DNA from: Gemmatimonadota bacterium
GTDB lineage: Bacteria; Latescibacterota; UBA2968; UBA8231
Direction of reading: 5' to 3'
Assembly (NCBI GenBank): GCA_038153405.1
Contig: JAYOYH010000050.1
Span: 1 to 31,096, forward strand
DNA: 31,096 nt
This document shows, in pieces, positions 1-8,590 of this stretch. Under the pieces are notes generated by a model that saw nothing but the letters and a program-made list of their open reading frames with translations, was not told the origin of the DNA and did no database searches. The position numbers were made by a program, and so were the translations under genes. Position 1 is the first letter of the stretch; the number at the start of each line of letters is the position of its first letter.

Positions 1-2
1 TC

Positions 3-203
3 GGAGGCGATATGCAGCGTCAAATGCTGTGGACAGACCAACTTCTTTCCGACAGGAGCAGTACGCTTTTCCGCGCGGTCTATACCCGCGAGTTGGGCGT
101 GGAGGAATACGACCGATTGGTCGAAGAAGTGCTGGATTCCGAAATGGCATTTTTCCTTCGAAATTCGTACCGATCCCTCGCGTTTACCGAAGGATGCAGC
201 TGA
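3..203 (+). CDS. Hypothetical protein; probably the 3' end of a gene truncated by the window edge, or a 63-aa ORF starting at ATG 12
   Basis: Frame is open from base 3 to TGA 201-203. GGAGG at 3-7 precedes ATG 12. The peptide looks protein-like but has no recognised motif. Confidence 0.45.
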   Translation, partial: GGDMQRQMLWTDQLLSDRSSTLFRAVYTRELGVEEYDRLVEEVLDSEMAFFLRNSYRSLAFTEGCS

Positions 204-257
204 TTTTCAAGTAGGTGGCGGGCTGCGCGAGCTAGGTGCTTTTACAAGGAGGGCACG

Positions 258-1541
258 ACGACGTCGCGCTCCGCTCTTTTCATAGCCTACCACTATCCTC
301 CCGCGCGTTCGGCCGGTGTGGCGCGCACGGCGGCGTTTCTTCGCTACTTGCCCGACTGCGGCTATCGCTGTCAGGTATTGACGACCTCGGCTTTTGGCGG
401 TGGGAACGACGTCCTGCGCGCCTGGGAGCCGCTCTCTCTCTATCGCTGGTTGTTCAATAGACAGGTGCGCGAGGGCCAGGCGCATTCGGCTGTGCGCACG
501 CGGCGCGGCGTGCTGAGTCGTCTCGGGCGCGCGCTACTAGTGCCCGACGTACAGATTAGCTGGTTGCCCGCTGCTTTTGGGCGCGGACTGCGCTATCTGC
601 GCGCCAACCGCTGCGATCTCATCTACAGCTCTTTCCCCCCCGCTAGCGCCCACGTGCTGGGCCTGATGCTGCAGCGGGCAACGCGTTTGCCCTGGGTCGC
701 CGACTTCCGCGACTCGTGGATATTTGATCCTCTCGATACTTACTTGGAGCGAGATACCACGCGCAAAGCGATTGAGGCGCGCATTGAGCGCAGTGTGGTC
801 GCTGCGGCCAGCGCCGTGATCGTGGCCTCGCAGGAAGCGGCCGATTACTTGTGCACGGCCCACGCCCAGCACGCCGACAAAGTGCGCGTCGTCAGCAACG
901 GCTTTGACGGAGATTGGAACGATCTAGGCGGAATGCCCGCACATTCGGGACCGCTGCGCCTCGTACACGCCGGCTCTTTTTCCTACAGCCATCCCCGCCG
1001 TTCTCCGCAGGTGCTCTTTGCTGCGCTGGAGCGCCTGCGGCGCGAAGATCCGCGCTGGGCCGAACGGATCAACGTCGTGCTGGTGGGTGCGTTGAGCGAA
1101 GAGGAACAGGCCGCTGCCTTTTCGCTGCAGGACAGCGGCATGGTGCACATTGCCGGAGTCGTGGAGCGCGCAGAGTCGCTGGCCATACAGCGAACGGCGC
1201 ACGTGCTGCTAGTGGTGGATCACGTGCGCCCCTGGACATCGACGAATATTCCCAGCAAAGTGTATGAGTATCTGGCACTACGTCGACCCATTCTATCGCT
1301 TGGCGGCAGCGGCGCAGTGGGCCGTTTGGTTACGGAGCTAGGAGCTGGTATGCACGTGCGCGGCGATGACGTGGAGGCGGTTTGTACGGTGCTCGGCCAA
1401 CTGTATGCGGCCTACGAGTGCGGCGAACTGTCGGAGGGTGCCGATGAAGACGCTCTGCGTCCGTTTCATCGCCGCGCGCTGACGCGGGCGCTGGCCAACT
1501 GCTTTGACGAGGTTCTCGAAAGGGCGGAACCATGCAGCTAA
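258..1541 (+). CDS. Glycosyltransferase family 4 (GT-B); start uncertain (ACG at 258/261 or GTG at 318)
   Basis: N-terminal ALFIAYHYPP..SAGVAR motif lies upstream of GTG 318. Also has WVADFRDSW, VVSNGFD and IPSKVYEYLALRRPIL, typical of GT4. Confidence 0.88.
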   Translation, partial: TTSRSALFIAYHYPPARSAGVARTAAFLRYLPDCGYRCQVLTTSAFGGGNDVLRAWEPLSLYRWLFNRQVREGQAHSAVRTRRGVLSRLGRALLVPDVQISWLPAAFGRGLRYLRANRCDLIYSSFPPASAHVLGLMLQRATRLPWVADFRDSWIFDPLDTYLERDTTRKAIEARIERSVVAAASAVIVASQEAADYLCTAHAQHADKVRVVSNGFDGDWNDLGGMPAHSGPLRLVHAGSFSYSHPRRSPQVLFAALERLRREDPRWAERINVVLVGALSEEEQAAAFSLQDSGMVHIAGVVERAESLAIQRTAHVLLVVDHVRPWTSTNIPSKVYEYLALRRPILSLGGSGAVGRLVTELGAGMHVRGDDVEAVCTVLGQLYAAYECGELSEGADEDALRPFHRRALTRALANCFDEVLERAEPCS

Positions 1542-2782
1542 AGCGGCTTTCGGCGCTCTTTGTCGCCGCCTGCTGTCTGCGCCTGGCCTATGCGGCGCTG
1601 GATGTCCCCGTTCCTCCTCAGGATACGCGCGACTACGACGAGCTTGCGCTAAACGTCCTGAACGGCCAGGGCTACGTATCGCACGAAAACTGGCACGGCT
1701 TCCCAATGCGCTCGTGGCGTCCGCCGACCTACCCGCTCTTTTTGGCCGCCGTCTACGGCATGTGTGGATACAGCCACGCGGCGGTGCAGGTCGCACAGTC
1801 GGCAATCGGCGCGGCGGCGGTGCTATTGCTGTTTCTTATCGTGCGGCGCATGCACGCCGCGGCGGCCTGGCCGGCGGCTCTTGTTGCCGCACTCTACGAA
1901 CCGCTGGTCTCGGTTTGCAGCGAAATCATGAGCGAGTGCCTGTTTATTTTTTTGGTGCTGATGGCGCTATGGGCACTGGGCGACGAGCGGCGCCGCTGGC
2001 AGATGCTCGTTCTCGGCGGTGTGGCCGTTGGCCTAGCGGCCCTAACGCGTCCCGTCGGTCTGCTCGTGCTGCCGGCGCTCTTCGTTGCCGCTCTTTGCGA
2101 AGACGGCCGTGCGGGGTGGCGTCGCGCTCTGTGGGCATCGTTGGCGACCGTGGCTGTCATCGCTCCCTGGACGGCGCGCAACTATACTGTGCACGGTGCG
2201 CTGGTGCCCATCAGCACGCACGGTGGATTTATCGTTGCGCGCAGCAATGCACTGGAACCGGCCTGGCGCCAAGAGCGCGGGTGGGGTATTGCCAAAGAGG
2301 TATTCGAAGCCATGCCGACGGAAGTGGAGCGCGATCGCTTCTGGTGGCAACAGGGCCGCGAGTTTATCGCCGCGCATCCCATGGTCTACGCGCGACTGGT
2401 CCTTGAGCGCCTGCTGCGGTTTTTCTACCTCTTTCGGCCTTCCTTTAACCTCGCTTTCTCACTGATATTGCCCTTTGCTGTCGTAGGCCTGTGGCGCTAC
2501 GGACGCCGGCCTTCCTCCCTCTTGCATTCGTTATTTATCGCCCTATCAACGCTGGTCTTTTGCACGGTGTTGTACGGATCGACGCGCTTTCGTCTACCCC
2601 TTGAACCGCTCTTCATAGCCTTTGCAGCCATCTACCTGAGCGATGCTTGGGTGCGCTGGTCGCGCCGCCGGTGGCTGGGCGTAGTCGGTGGCGTTCTGCT
2701 GGTCAATGTCAGCATGTGGCTCGCCCAAGATTCCCTGCGCCACGCCGCGCTGCAAGGGCTGAACGGTCTAGGTCTGCGATGA
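1532..2782 (+). CDS. ArnT/PMT-like (GT-C fold, GT39/GT83-type) polytopic membrane glycosyltransferase
   Basis: D..DY..LA loop after TM1, RPPTYPLFLA, SECLF, LAALTRP, PWTARNY and RFRLPLEP motifs, with many hydrophobic segments. Confidence 0.8.
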   Translation: MQLKRLSALFVAACCLRLAYAALDVPVPPQDTRDYDELALNVLNGQGYVSHENWHGFPMRSWRPPTYPLFLAAVYGMCGYSHAAVQVAQSAIGAAAVLLLFLIVRRMHAAAAWPAALVAALYEPLVSVCSEIMSECLFIFLVLMALWALGDERRRWQMLVLGGVAVGLAALTRPVGLLVLPALFVAALCEDGRAGWRRALWASLATVAVIAPWTARNYTVHGALVPISTHGGFIVARSNALEPAWRQERGWGIAKEVFEAMPTEVERDRFWWQQGREFIAAHPMVYARLVLERLLRFFYLFRPSFNLAFSLILPFAVVGLWRYGRRPSSLLHSLFIALSTLVFCTVLYGSTRFRLPLEPLFIAFAAIYLSDAWVRWSRRRWLGVVGGVLLVNVSMWLAQDSLRHAALQGLNGLGLR

Positions 2783-3738
2783 GCGAGCCGCGCCTGTCCA
2801 TTTGCATCGTCAATTGGAACACTAAAGATCTCTTAAGAGACTGCTTAGAATCGATTTATGTGAACCCAGATTCACAGAATTGGCAGGTTATCGTCGTCGA
2901 TAATGCCTCCGCCGATGGCAGCGCGTCGATGGTGCGAGAAGCGTTTCCCGATGTATGCTTGATGCCGCGCCAGGTGAACGAGGGCTTTGTCGGAGCAAAT
3001 AACTTGGCTATGTCCCAGGCGCGTGCGCCCTACTGGCTCCTGCTCAATTCCGACACGCGCGTAGAGTCGGGTGCGTTGGAGCTCTTAGTCGACTTTATGG
3101 ATGCCAATTCGGCGGCTGGAGCTGTGGGAGCCAAGCTGTTGAATGGGGACGGTTCACTGCAGCTTTCGTGCGGTATTGCCCCGACGTTTTGGAGCGAAAT
3201 GGCCAACAAAATATTATTGCATAAGCTATTTCCCTTCTTTAAATTAGGTAGCTGGAACCATGCCCAGATACGCGAGGTCGGATGGGTTACGGGAGCCTGT
3301 TTGTTGGTGCGGCGCGAAGCGGCCAAACAAGTGGGCCTACTCGATCCGGCCATTTTTATGTTCTACGAAGATCTGGAGTGGTGTCTACGCATCCGCAAAG
3401 GGGGCTGGAAGGTATTTTACCACGCCTTCAGCCGCGTTGTGCACCTGGGAGGGCAGAGCACGCGCCAGAATTTTGGCGAGATGTTGGTTGTTAGTCACAA
3501 GAGCTTGTTTTACTGGTATAACAAGCATTTTAACGGCTTCGAAGTAGGTGTCTTGCGCCTGCTCACCCCGGTGGAAATGCTGCTGCGATCGCTGGTTTGG
3601 AGTGCGCTGTATATCGCTCGTCCCGATCGCCGCGGTGAGGCGCGGCAGCGCCTGCGAGCTTATAGGAAGATTGCCGCCGTGAGCCTCTGCCGCGCACAAG
3701 CTGCTGACTCGGGCCCTTTCCAAGAAGTTCGGAGATAA
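2779..3738 (+). CDS. Glycosyltransferase family 2 (WbbL/rhamnosyltransferase-like)
   Basis: ATGA overlap with the upstream stop. Motifs SICIVNWN, VVDNASADGS, NEGF..ANN, LLLNSD, WVTGACLLVRR, FMFYEDLEWC, HLGGQS. Confidence 0.9.
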   Translation: MSEPRLSICIVNWNTKDLLRDCLESIYVNPDSQNWQVIVVDNASADGSASMVREAFPDVCLMPRQVNEGFVGANNLAMSQARAPYWLLLNSDTRVESGALELLVDFMDANSAAGAVGAKLLNGDGSLQLSCGIAPTFWSEMANKILLHKLFPFFKLGSWNHAQIREVGWVTGACLLVRREAAKQVGLLDPAIFMFYEDLEWCLRIRKGGWKVFYHAFSRVVHLGGQSTRQNFGEMLVVSHKSLFYWYNKHFNGFEVGVLRLLTPVEMLLRSLVWSALYIARPDRRGEARQRLRAYRKIAAVSLCRAQAADSGPFQEVRR

Positions 3739-3740
3739 TT

Positions 3741-4913
3741 TTGGCGGATACAATTCAGATTTTTAAACCCTGGTACGACGAAGAAGAGCACGAGGCGCTG
3801 CGCCAGCCCCTGCAAACGGGATGGTTGGGCTATGGGCCGCTGGCACGCGAATTTGAAGAGCGCTTCGCCGATTATGTCGGCGTTAAGCACGCCATTGCAC
3901 TCAACTCCTGCACGGCGGCTCTGCACTTGGCCTTTCTCGTCAGCGACGTAGCTGGCGGCGAAGTCCTGACTACGCCGATGACCTTTGTCGCCTCCAATCA
4001 CGCCATTCTGCTGTCGTGTGCTCGGCCGGTATTTTGCGATATCGAAGCCGACACCATGAATATTGACGTGGAGGATGCAGAGCGCCGCATCACGCCCAAT
4101 ACCAAGGCCATTCTCGCCGTGCACTACGGCGGCCATCCTTGCCGCATGGACGAACTGCGGGCGCTGGCCGATCGCCACGGACTGCTGCTGATCGAAGACG
4201 CAGCGCAGGCCTGTGGGGCGACCTACAAGGGGCAGAAGGTCGGCAGCTTCGGCAAAATTGGCTGCTTTAGCTTTGAATCGAAGAAGAATTTGTCGACCGG
4301 CGATGGCGGCATGTTGGTCACCGACGACGATGCGCTGGCCGATCGGGTGCGCAAACTGCGCTGGATGGGCATTTCTCGCGACACGTGGTCGCGCTTTAAC
4401 AACGGCCACGCCGGTCGCGCTTGGGAATACGACGTCGAAGAAGTGGGCTTTAAATACTGCATGAACGACATCGCCGCCGCGCTCGGTTTGGTACAGCTAA
4501 ACAAGCTGGAACGCGGCAATGCGCTGCGCCTTCAGCTCGTCAGACGCTATCACGAGGCCCTGTCCTCAATCGATGGCATTGAGCCGCTAGCCCTGAAAGC
4601 CTACGGCGAAAGTGCCTGCTACAGCATGGTGGTGCGCCTAGACGAGCGCGAGGCGCTGTGCGATTTTCTCGCGGCTCAGGGCATCGAGTCGGCCGTACAC
4701 TTCTATCCCAACCACCTGCTGCCCGTTTACGCGCCCTACCGCACGGAGTCCCTTCCGGTCGTCGAGCGCGAGTGGCTGCGCATACTCACGCTGCCCTTGG
4801 CACCGCACCTGCGCTCCGAACAGCAAGACCGCGTGCTCACGGGGATTGCGGAGTTTGCCATGCGTCGTCGCGACGCCGATCTGGTAGCTGCGCAAAGCGC
4901 CGTCGGCGCCTGA
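3741..4913 (+). CDS. DegT/DnrJ/EryC1/StrS-family PLP-dependent sugar aminotransferase (ArnB/SpsC-like)
   Basis: TTG start after GGAG. Motifs NSCTAALH, TFVAS, VHYGG, IEDAAQA, SFESKKNLSTGDGG (PLP lysine) and GFKYCMNDIAAALG. Confidence 0.93.
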   Translation: MADTIQIFKPWYDEEEHEALRQPLQTGWLGYGPLAREFEERFADYVGVKHAIALNSCTAALHLAFLVSDVAGGEVLTTPMTFVASNHAILLSCARPVFCDIEADTMNIDVEDAERRITPNTKAILAVHYGGHPCRMDELRALADRHGLLLIEDAAQACGATYKGQKVGSFGKIGCFSFESKKNLSTGDGGMLVTDDDALADRVRKLRWMGISRDTWSRFNNGHAGRAWEYDVEEVGFKYCMNDIAAALGLVQLNKLERGNALRLQLVRRYHEALSSIDGIEPLALKAYGESACYSMVVRLDEREALCDFLAAQGIESAVHFYPNHLLPVYAPYRTESLPVVEREWLRILTLPLAPHLRSEQQDRVLTGIAEFAMRRRDADLVAAQSAVGA

Positions 4914-4934
4914 GACGCCCGTTCCCGTCTGGAT

Positions 4935-6032
4935 TTGCGCATTCTCTTCGTCACGCAGTACGGCGTGCTAGCGGCTAGTAGTCGCACGCGCGTTTTCGAC
5001 TATTTGCCCTCGATAAGAACCGCTGGACACGAGTGCAAGGTGATTACTGTCCTGCCCGATGCGCAGATCGGCGGTTCGCAGATCCTCGTGACGCGCCAGA
5101 TGCTGCGCAAACTGTTCTACTACGCGTGGGCCTTTGGGCGCACGCTGCTGTGCGGGCTGCGCGTCGTCGCTCTCGCTCGAAGCAGCGATCTGGTCTTTGT
5201 GCAAAAGGTCATCTTTCCCTCCGTCGTCCGTCTCTTGCTCGCCCGCGTAAAGACGCCGCTCATATACGACTTCGACGATGCCATATTTACTACGGAAGTG
5301 CGGCAAAAAAACTGGTTGGCCGCGCGCAAACAGGAACGCAATGCGCGCGGGGTGCCGGCGATGTTGCGCATGGCGGACCTGGCACTGGTCGAAAATCAAT
5401 ACACCGAGCATTTTGCCCGCGCACACTGTCGCCGCGTGGAGATCATAACGGGACCGATCGATACGCAGCGCTACGCTCCCGCCCCGGGGGGGCTGCGCGC
5501 TGATTCTGTTGTTCTGGGATGGATTGGCAGCGCCAGCACGCTGCCCTATCTGGAAGAGATTCGCCCGGCGCTAGAGGAGATAGGTCGGCGCTTTGACCAC
5601 GTGCGTCTGCACGTGGTGGGCGCAAGCGAATTTGCCCTGCAATACATGCCGGTCGAAACAAAGGCGTGGAGCTTGGATAGCGAAGTGGGCGATCTGCGCC
5701 TGTTCGACATTGGGCTCATGCCTATTCCCGACGATGTGTGGACGCGCGGCAAGGGGGGCTATAAGCTGCTCCAGTACATGGCTATCGGACTGCCCGTCAT
5801 CACCAGTCCCGTGGGAATAAACTGCCAGATCGTCGACGATGGCAACGATGGCTTCTGGGCGCGCGAGCAAGGCGAGTGGGTTGAGCGCATAGGAGAACTT
5901 GTCGTCGACGAGCATCTGCGGCGCCAAATGGGTCTGGCCGGACGCGCCAAGGTGGAGAGCATCTACTCGTTGGACAAAGCGCGGGAAAAACTGCTAGCGC
6001 TTATGCAAGAAACGGCGAGGGGCGCACCGTGA
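4935..6032 (+). CDS. Glycosyltransferase family 4
   Basis: TTG start. Motifs RILFVT...ASSR.R, IYDFDDAIF, GWIGS, DIGLMP and GKGGYKLLQYMAIGLPVITSPVG. Confidence 0.9.
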   Translation: MRILFVTQYGVLAASSRTRVFDYLPSIRTAGHECKVITVLPDAQIGGSQILVTRQMLRKLFYYAWAFGRTLLCGLRVVALARSSDLVFVQKVIFPSVVRLLLARVKTPLIYDFDDAIFTTEVRQKNWLAARKQERNARGVPAMLRMADLALVENQYTEHFARAHCRRVEIITGPIDTQRYAPAPGGLRADSVVLGWIGSASTLPYLEEIRPALEEIGRRFDHVRLHVVGASEFALQYMPVETKAWSLDSEVGDLRLFDIGLMPIPDDVWTRGKGGYKLLQYMAIGLPVITSPVGINCQIVDDGNDGFWAREQGEWVERIGELVVDEHLRRQMGLAGRAKVESIYSLDKAREKLLALMQETARGAP

Positions 6033-6865
6033 GTGATTCGGCATCGGTTAAGAACGCGTTTACCGTCGATTGGGAAGATTGGTATCAGGGCCTAGAAATC
6101 GACATCGATGAATGGGATGGATTTGAAGATCGCCTGCGGGTGGGAACCGATCGCCTGCTGGCCTTGTTCGACGAAGCCGGCGTGCGGGCGACGTTTTTCG
6201 CGCTGGGTCGTGCGGCCGAGCGCGCGCCGGACCTGCTGCGGCAGATTCGCCAGGCAGGGCATGAAATCGGCACGCACGGCTACAGCCATCGCTTTGTATA
6301 CAAGCTGGGCGCAGAGAAGTTTCGCAGCGAGCTGCGGCGCTCGCTGGCGGTTATTGAAGACATTTTGGGCGAGCGCTGTGCACGCGGTCACCGGGCGCCC
6401 TTTTTTTCGATTGTCAAAGGGACCGAATGGGCCTTTGACATCATGGGTGAAGAGGGTCTGCTCTACGACTCCAGCGTCTTTCCCGTGCAAAACTATCGCT
6501 ATGGGATACCAGATGCGCCGCGTTGGCCCTACGAAGTGCGCGGCGGCTTTATCGAATTTCCGCCGTCGACCTGTCGCCTGGGTGGTCGAAATATACCGGT
6601 CGCGGGGGGTGCTTATTTCCGCATATTTCCTTATTATCTAACTAGGTTCGCTCTGCGCAGCATCAACGCTTCGGGGCGGTCAGCGGCCTTTTACATACAT
6701 CCCTGGGAATTGGATCCGGACCATCCGCGTCTGGATTTACCCCGTAGAATCAGCCTGACGCACTATTGGAATCTCGAGCGGACGGAGGCGCGTCTGCGTC
6801 GTTTGTTGCGCGATTTTTCCTTCGCTCCTATGGTAGAAGTGCTGGGTTTGGGAGATGCGACGTGA
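6029..6865 (+). CDS. Polysaccharide deacetylase (CE4/NodB with DUF3473-like C-terminus, as found in PEP-CTERM-type EPS loci)
   Basis: TVDWEDW, ATFFALG, HEIGTHGYSH, HRAPFFS, YDSS, PVAGGAYFR and FYIHPWELDP motifs; GTGA overlap with the upstream gene. Confidence 0.9.
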   Translation: MSDSASVKNAFTVDWEDWYQGLEIDIDEWDGFEDRLRVGTDRLLALFDEAGVRATFFALGRAAERAPDLLRQIRQAGHEIGTHGYSHRFVYKLGAEKFRSELRRSLAVIEDILGERCARGHRAPFFSIVKGTEWAFDIMGEEGLLYDSSVFPVQNYRYGIPDAPRWPYEVRGGFIEFPPSTCRLGGRNIPVAGGAYFRIFPYYLTRFALRSINASGRSAAFYIHPWELDPDHPRLDLPRRISLTHYWNLERTEARLRRLLRDFSFAPMVEVLGLGDAT

Positions 6866-7521
6866 GTGTTGGTACGAGCGGTGGCGAGCGCGTTCGCCGC
6901 TATTTTGACGGTGCTGCAGAGCGCTTTGATGCCATATATCGCAGCGATAAAGGCGTTGGGCAGAAAATCGTTGACGGCCTGTTCCGCGGCGTAATCCATC
7001 GGCGTTTTGAACTGACGCTGGAGTTGATTGGATCGCCACAGGGCAAGCGCGTTGTCGATGTCGGCTGCGGATCGGCCCGCTACGGCGTGGAGCTGGCCCA
7101 CCGCGGTGCACAGGTCGTCGGTCTCGACTTTGCCCAAGGCATGGTAGACTTGGCCCACGAGGCCGCCCGAGAAGGCGGAGTGGCCGAGCAATGTCGATTT
7201 GAGCAGTGCGATTTTCTCACCTGGTCTGACCCGGATCACTTCGATATATGCTTGGCTATCGGTTTTTTCGACTATATAGAAGCGCCCGCTGTATTTTTAG
7301 AACGCATGCGCGCACTTGACGCGGCCGACTGCATCTTTAGCTTTCCAAAGCGCTGGACCTTGCGCACGCTGCCGCGTTGGCTGCGATTAAACGCAAATGG
7401 CTGCCCCGTCTATTTTTACAGCGCAGCACAAGTCGAGCGCCTGCTGCGCGAAAGCGGCTGGGAGCGCGTTGATATACATCACCTGAGCCGAGATTACCTG
7501 GCCCACGCTCGTCTTGCGTGA
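6862..7521 (+). CDS. Class I SAM-dependent methyltransferase
   Basis: VVDVGCGSARY motif I, VVGLDFAQGM and FDICLAIGFFDY. GTG 6862 overlaps the upstream TGA and is preferred over 6766. Confidence 0.88.
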   Translation: MSVGTSGGERVRRYFDGAAERFDAIYRSDKGVGQKIVDGLFRGVIHRRFELTLELIGSPQGKRVVDVGCGSARYGVELAHRGAQVVGLDFAQGMVDLAHEAAREGGVAEQCRFEQCDFLTWSDPDHFDICLAIGFFDYIEAPAVFLERMRALDAADCIFSFPKRWTLRTLPRWLRLNANGCPVYFYSAAQVERLLRESGWERVDIHHLSRDYLAHARLA

Positions 7522-7554
7522 CTAGCTGGAGATGTTTACAGGGATTATGCAACT

Positions 7555-8520
7555 ATGAAAGTGTTAATTACCGGGGGAGCTGGGTTTATCGGTTCGCACC
7601 TGTCTGAGCGCCATCTCAAAATGGGCGATAAGGTGGCGATCATAGACAATCTGTCCACAGGTAGCATTGAGAATATACAGCACCTAGAAGACGATCTGAA
7701 CTGCAGCGTAGTAATTGACGACGTGCTCAACGTCGATGTCATGCGCGAGTTGGTAAACGACTGCGATATGATTTACCACTTGGCCGCAGCCGTTGGCGTC
7801 AATTTTATAATTGAGAATCCGCTAACCTCGCTCATTTCCAATATTCGCGGCACGGAAATCATTCTCGAGCTGGCTAACGAGCAAAAGAAGAAGGTCATTC
7901 TCGCATCCACGTCGGAAATTTACGGCAAGAAAAATGGACACGTGCCCTTTGCCGAAAACAGCGATCGCATGCTGGGGCCGACAACGGTGATCCGTTGGAA
8001 TTATTCGACCTCGAAGGCGGTTGACGAACTGTTTGCGCTGGCTTACTGGCGCGAGAAGCGTCTACCGTGCGTAATTGTGCGCCCCTTTAATGTAATTGGG
8101 CCGCGCCAGTCGGGACACTATGGCATGGTCGTGCCGCGCTTTGTCAAACAGGCCCTGCTCGGACACCCGATTACGGTATACGGCGATGGTGAACAGCGGC
8201 GCTGCTGGACCTATATCGACGACGCCCTTGATGGCTTGGTTGCGCTGGCCACTAGCGACGCGGCCGTCGGAGAGATATTCAACCTCGGCTCGCACTTTGA
8301 GACCAGTATTCGCGATTTGGCCGTCACGGTCAAAGAATTGGCTGACAGCGATTCTGAAATCGAGTTTGTGCCGTACGATCAGGCTTGGCCCAAGGGCACC
8401 TACGAAGACTTGATGTATCGCGCACCGGATTTGGCCAAGATCCGCAACTGCGTCGGCTACAATCCCGGCGTTGGGCTCGAAGAGGCGCTGCAGAACATCA
8501 TCAAATATTACGAGCGCTAA
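7555..8520 (+). CDS. NAD-dependent nucleotide-sugar epimerase/dehydratase (extended SDR, UDP-glucuronate decarboxylase/ArnA-like)
   Basis: ITGGAGFIGSHL, HLAAAVGV, STSEIYG, RWNYSTSK (YxxxK), RPFNVIGPRQ and GDGEQRRCW motifs. Confidence 0.92.
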   Translation: MKVLITGGAGFIGSHLSERHLKMGDKVAIIDNLSTGSIENIQHLEDDLNCSVVIDDVLNVDVMRELVNDCDMIYHLAAAVGVNFIIENPLTSLISNIRGTEIILELANEQKKKVILASTSEIYGKKNGHVPFAENSDRMLGPTTVIRWNYSTSKAVDELFALAYWREKRLPCVIVRPFNVIGPRQSGHYGMVVPRFVKQALLGHPITVYGDGEQRRCWTYIDDALDGLVALATSDAAVGEIFNLGSHFETSIRDLAVTVKELADSDSEIEFVPYDQAWPKGTYEDLMYRAPDLAKIRNCVGYNPGVGLEEALQNIIKYYER

Positions 8521-8555
8521 AGCGAAGCCTTTCGCTACGGCAGCGGTGGGAATAT

Positions 8556-8590
8556 AGGCGGTCACTTTCGAGTGACCGCCTTTTACTTTT
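8556..8590 (+). terminator. Intrinsic terminator, probably bidirectional, between convergent genes
   Basis: AGGCGGTCACT-TTCG-AGTGACCGCCT is a perfect 11-bp stem running into TTTTACTTTT. Confidence 0.85.

Noticed and set aside
12..1541. TGA read-through or selenocysteine fusing the first ORF to the in-frame GT4
   Set aside because: The linker is not protein-like, a strong SD sits just before the GT4 N-terminal motif, and I see no SECIS-like or redox-motif context.
1504..2406. 300-aa alternative-frame ORF
   Set aside because: Arg/Gly/Ala-rich shadow of the GT-C gene, as expected in GC-rich DNA.
2647..2778. Long N-terminal extensions in the ORF track (also 6766, 20083, 22703, 23567)
   Set aside because: They overlap upstream genes or promoter DNA. 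Downstream starts coincide with family N-termini, and most show stop/start coupling.
3660..4409. 249-aa antisense ORF (also 16409-17083 and 20575-21477)
   Set aside because: Antisense to well-supported genes, with no motifs.
8521..8536. Small hairpin AGCGAA-GCCT-TTCGCT after the SDR stop
   Set aside because: It has no U-tract, and the stronger hairpin at 8556-8590 explains termination.
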